A stretch of 30,754 nt of DNA from Candidatus Undinarchaeota archaeon. Lineage in GTDB: Archaea; SpSt-1190; JASMDC01. The notes beneath the pieces are model-generated. The model searched no databases. It worked only from the letters and a program-made list of their open reading frames with translations, and was not told where the DNA came from. Each line of letters opens with the position of its first letter. Positions within the stretch are counted from its first letter, which is position 1. The position numbers were made by a program, and so were the translations under genes. Below are positions 29,201 through 30,754 of the stretch, piece after piece. The stretch covers positions 1 through 30,754 of the forward strand of contig CAZFHY010000027.1 of the NCBI GenBank assembly GCA_964519305.1. The letters run 5' to 3'.

Positions 29201-30754
29201 TACGAGCTCACATCGCCCGGTGGTAAGTACAAGGGGACCGCCAACTTACCCATCGACCGGTGCGTCTCTACCAAGCTGGCCGAGATCTTCGTGCTCTCAG
29301 CAGAGATGCCCGAGGCATCGACGAGCCAGTGCGATGCTCTCCTCAGGACAGGCTCGACCATCAAGCTAAAGGTCTACAAGGAGACCCATGAGGGTGCCTG
29401 CAAGCGCAAGCTACAGTGCAAGGACCCGCCGACAGAGAGCGAAGTGAAGGAACGGGTGCGGGAGTTCTGCAAGGCCCACATCTACCAGACCCAGGGCGGA
29501 GAGAACGCACTGGGCCCTGGTAAGGCCAAGTTGTTCTACACGCCCGAGATGACCATCACAAATCTCATGCTTGGCTCAGATAACAGAGGGACCCTGCGCA
29601 TCCGTGCTGCTGCGGTCATGGGCAAACAGGCCTACCTCAGCCCACCCTTCGTGTCCGGTATGCAGCTCCTCATCGAGAGAGGCGATCCCGGGTTCGAGGA
29701 TGCCTTGTTCGATGGCGAGGTCGCTACCGTGGGCGGTCAGCAGGTATCGTTCCCCGGTGCCGAGGTGCGTGCGGTCGTCAAGGTCAAGAACACCTTCAAC
29801 GCGGAGTTCGCCGGGGTCGTGATGATCCGTATCGTTGATGGCCAGGGCCTTGAGGTCGACCGCTACACGATGGACTTCGGCTCCAACCCGATAGCTGTGG
29901 GTGCAGTGGGCGAAGCGGCCACCGATTACATAATGTTCACGCCAGAGGACCTGAACAAGGAGTACCGCGTCTCGATCACCATGTGGACCGAGGCCGGCCA
30001 GGTGCTGGTCCAGGACTGGCTCGGGGATCAGACATATCCAAAGGCCCGTCTTTCAGTGGTCCAGCCACAGATGGACTTCACTGATGCCTTCTTCCAGCTA
30101 TCTCAGGACTCAGCGCGCAGCGGGTCCGCCGCAGTGGGCGAGAACGTGATGGCGCTCGTGGTGCCGAAGAACAGGATGCCCCTCAACTTCGAGGGTCTGA
30201 TCAACATCTCCGTGTTCCACGCGAACAAGCTCATGGGCGAGGCCCAGACATCCCTTGTGGTCGACGCCAACTCCGAGTCGAGCACGACCTTCGAGAGCGA
30301 CTCGAGCTTCACGATCCCGACCGTGGGTACCTATTACATCCATGTGGGCGTGGAGGACGCCAACGGATACCCGTGGTACCGTGGCGTGCTACCTATCCAG
30401 GACTTCCCTGATGCACGGCTCGTTGGCCGGCGAGGACAGCCCGGTGACGGCGGTGAGGACGGCGACGACGACGGTATGCCCGACGACTGGGAGGAGGACA
30501 ACGGCCTCGACACGTCGACGGACGACTCGACGCTCGACCCTGACGGCGACGGACTGCTCAACGAGGATGAGTACGAGTACGGTACCGATCCCAACGACGC
30601 GGACACCGACGGTGACGGGTTCAGCGATGGTGCCGAGATAACTGCCGGGACCGATCCCAACAATGAGAACAGTTATCCGACGGACGTGGACGGCGATGGC
30701 ATGCACGATCCGTGGGAGCAGGAGAACGGCCTCGATATCACACGGAACGATGCT
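23279..30754 (+). CDS. Giant secreted Cys-rich protein (>2490 aa, paralog B), 3'-truncated by the window edge and missing from the ORF track
   Basis: Read by hand: TTG 23279 (or ATG 23300) gives MFKKDGRMEIVTILAIILSLSLVLA/DETT, and the frame stays open to 30754 (...ENGLDITRNDA). It shares many motifs in order with paralog A. Confidence 0.9.
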   Translation, partial: MFKKDGRMEIVTILAIILSLSLVLADETTSSGKGCLEVMRPLMQQLGAGTIEVEALQTAVFSNPDLHYVYLDSEGDFDPTFKQDIFFGLNPQGISHLDISLDNIDRLYALKICSLVDAAQGDPACGWLNIDPEDTSDDSKPTNIYVPFCFMQDGADGGPDEVTFWELMEENRFPCKKWKTETENGEEYSVCAERLEAPAGPGAADHVADALSFDFYGGEKEGFKERAAVMEADEFREVVSTLATLFAYEWADINRESLKGTLGPCDSQTGDLQKDCYFNQAWELYNAVYDTYTTHVMLFAGWPLSRCVDITVDVLKNEERCDECFDLAIDCYEKITLKAVTRDKMSQNAAGFTQGLASELTYGVTDIARMTADLLSGGKEEADIASRVFFGTVCMHHCKMTKQRNPFARGSSKWMTDSADDKDVSELITGTAISEWGRENQAEMVTLGVPLILGPRFFKCKEDEYRYDCSQWELDVDKLKACPRNLLRNTAVETKTYDAVKKPRISDGELKLPWLITLNSKVFATCPINEAKPSDAADEKEQAVYGIKEQYCEISGLKENECAFDGKKALGTSEGGGFLSGVVGFFTGTLLDSYDESAFKSRRLWPAQLSQQEVESYAFGVVLDCTREVDEPHVVTYMGAPILKSGRKAEFETTKVNRDGKDVEIIRALTLENLLGSFTGINNDLKSPYRAELEAKPVITFIDTSAIDGVEGFLPVIDPNVNRAKNPADFLVGQAAEATMSDSKYVWAFQPELLMSIIYNPPSNGLLGKCRENGGKCCHIYTGGFSEEAGLGKFLGHATGFIISIGYGGPLSKIHKAATGAVGGAVKKGATKVAGSVINKVAPKWAVKHAANVAAKKAAKEAAELLSKELVEAGSKRVAKQLVKEAAQEAAEAAAKKAAKAAGQRAWKMAAKAAAKEASESAIKEAAEHAAKRLGKKMISGGMKYMKNQRVIHRGIVVASSMIDPSVGVDWTQSFFKYSAELYRFGNTPDLSKLADEIMNTPTDNTAGVCTDGKKSEVIIEKECNFASGDPRSKLCTEDAISAQIVMDASFAAAYRKAIVGPASCTSGDDCVDVGGGRKRRLIYENGSCAPFVHANKRAHLEYIKAYMDDRVTFLKTIKTTITDLKGALNKQCQSCNTMVNSIKNTYGGCQITTSNYRMAIGKKTLHEALLENHPAAEVVKNKKRYFSIGDLINKGVNSDGIRGLLADEVDYRMAVQLCTLPVCELYKPSPIGEAWLSDSSFKGCPLYKQGSACFATSTEMASSSSGVAVDQEWKALPDTTVDNIFNSRSVMPHTPAVEKCIRDVLKAKNACTALGMRMFTVTADSVTDEGVPQFTIGDQNPATDDPCDVGVKLTKMIDYLDGYIRHQIDFQIKMGHYVEGLECLDKSSRPEEYSCDCQPLDNPSAAWARKAQYCLELKDLQQQVEETMQENTFADVTSQDFEIMTKQLVMAIIGDLDKRYFKIVQDTYRTEATKVTTDEGSFDTFYTLNDVAKDKTYPQNISALWDTAFRYKFNLKNKLPYRITPWREGRGGEKCFCEDKDNKGCFFAGLKAGVTCDDMHDNDGDEDTPSFYDKKGSGEIRDEDAGCYSFYPSDIWDGKAWKPFFQSEISGYGIKKADGSAITLDPSNCIYTCESQKVAGGELEACVKCDERGCTGEDMPFLTVEDRNNFNVTASFPKEVPMLCSFGLKTTSKQDLAGAPKLIDAYRNLAALFDDLGRLFPEPVCFDYQNEGGASGGQTSAQTCTEACNKFSIPEKKRQLFYGFCKAVITKDGVTVSGQCYCASESDPEGTAVSDGTGKPIDCQLPNSDDYYKKLYQCCVERYNCENLLNKPTSSGEGFLCKCTPSYYEIDPAECGVGSGVSLIVQGAGFEVAGEEGKRRAFLGEPIRGYVKIKNEGTSPFSGSVNLDLVDEYGSSVSKGAEICSEEPTCDAGGELSLTKSRMGKYSQINIGNGRILNITVKDVSSSCEASVEYELTSPGGKYKGTANLPIDRCVSTKLAEIFVLSAEMPEASTSQCDALLRTGSTIKLKVYKETHEGACKRKLQCKDPPTESEVKERVREFCKAHIYQTQGGENALGPGKAKLFYTPEMTITNLMLGSDNRGTLRIRAAAVMGKQAYLSPPFVSGMQLLIERGDPGFEDALFDGEVATVGGQQVSFPGAEVRAVVKVKNTFNAEFAGVVMIRIVDGQGLEVDRYTMDFGSNPIAVGAVGEAATDYIMFTPEDLNKEYRVSITMWTEAGQVLVQDWLGDQTYPKARLSVVQPQMDFTDAFFQLSQDSARSGSAAVGENVMALVVPKNRMPLNFEGLINISVFHANKLMGEAQTSLVVDANSESSTTFESDSSFTIPTVGTYYIHVGVEDANGYPWYRGVLPIQDFPDARLVGRRGQPGDGGEDGDDDGMPDDWEEDNGLDTSTDDSTLDPDGDGLLNEDEYEYGTDPNDADTDGDGFSDGAEITAGTDPNNENSYPTDVDGDGMHDPWEQENGLDITRNDA
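25811..26101 (+). repeat. Ala/Lys/Glu-rich low-complexity helical repeat region (AAKKAAKEAA-type) within paralog B
   Basis: GCGAAGAAGGCYGCGAAGG at 25841 and 25961; AGCACGCGGCCAA at 25821 and 26061. Confidence 0.7.
30458..30754 (+). repeat. Thrombospondin type-3-like (DxDGDG) Ca2+-binding repeats in paralog B
   Basis: DGDDDGMPDDWEEDNGLD, DPDGDGLLNEDEYEYGTDPNDADTDGDGFSDGAE, and DVDGDGMHDPWEQENGLD. Confidence 0.85.

Noticed and set aside
3547-30754. tRNA-anchored integrated element, provirus or CRISPR array
   Set aside because: I saw no integrase, transposase, duplicated tRNA 3' end or regularly spaced repeats. Housekeeping genes are interspersed throughout.

Overview
High-GC archaeal DNA. The evidence is TATA boxes about 25-35 nt upstream of most starts, a BHB-intron tRNA and class III signal peptides. 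The tRNA-Ile(UAU) and the pilin-like proteins hint at a DPANN-like lineage, which is an inference. The left third holds mostly housekeeping genes: a two-domain iron-sulfur flavoprotein, a COG1361-like surface protein, an intron-containing tRNA-Ile(UAU), lpdA, a pilin-like gene, two Lrp/AsnC regulators and an AIR-synthase-like protein. The rest is dominated by giant secreted Cys-rich proteins: a ~2700-aa protein (7915-16026), a 702-aa class III signal peptide protein, a ~1000-aa MG2/Ig-like protein, and a >2490-aa ORF (23279 to window end) that is absent from the supplied ORF track. A transglutaminase-like ORF and nth lie between them. The two giants are clear colinear paralogs. Each carries a cysteine-free helical cassette at the same position between conserved border motifs (HxYTGGxS...APKxA and GM(T)KY..QR..H...GxDWTQxxFxYSA), but the cassettes differ completely (~490 vs ~97 aa). 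This suggests a polymorphic cargo-loop surface or cell-contact system and is the main candidate for a novel system.
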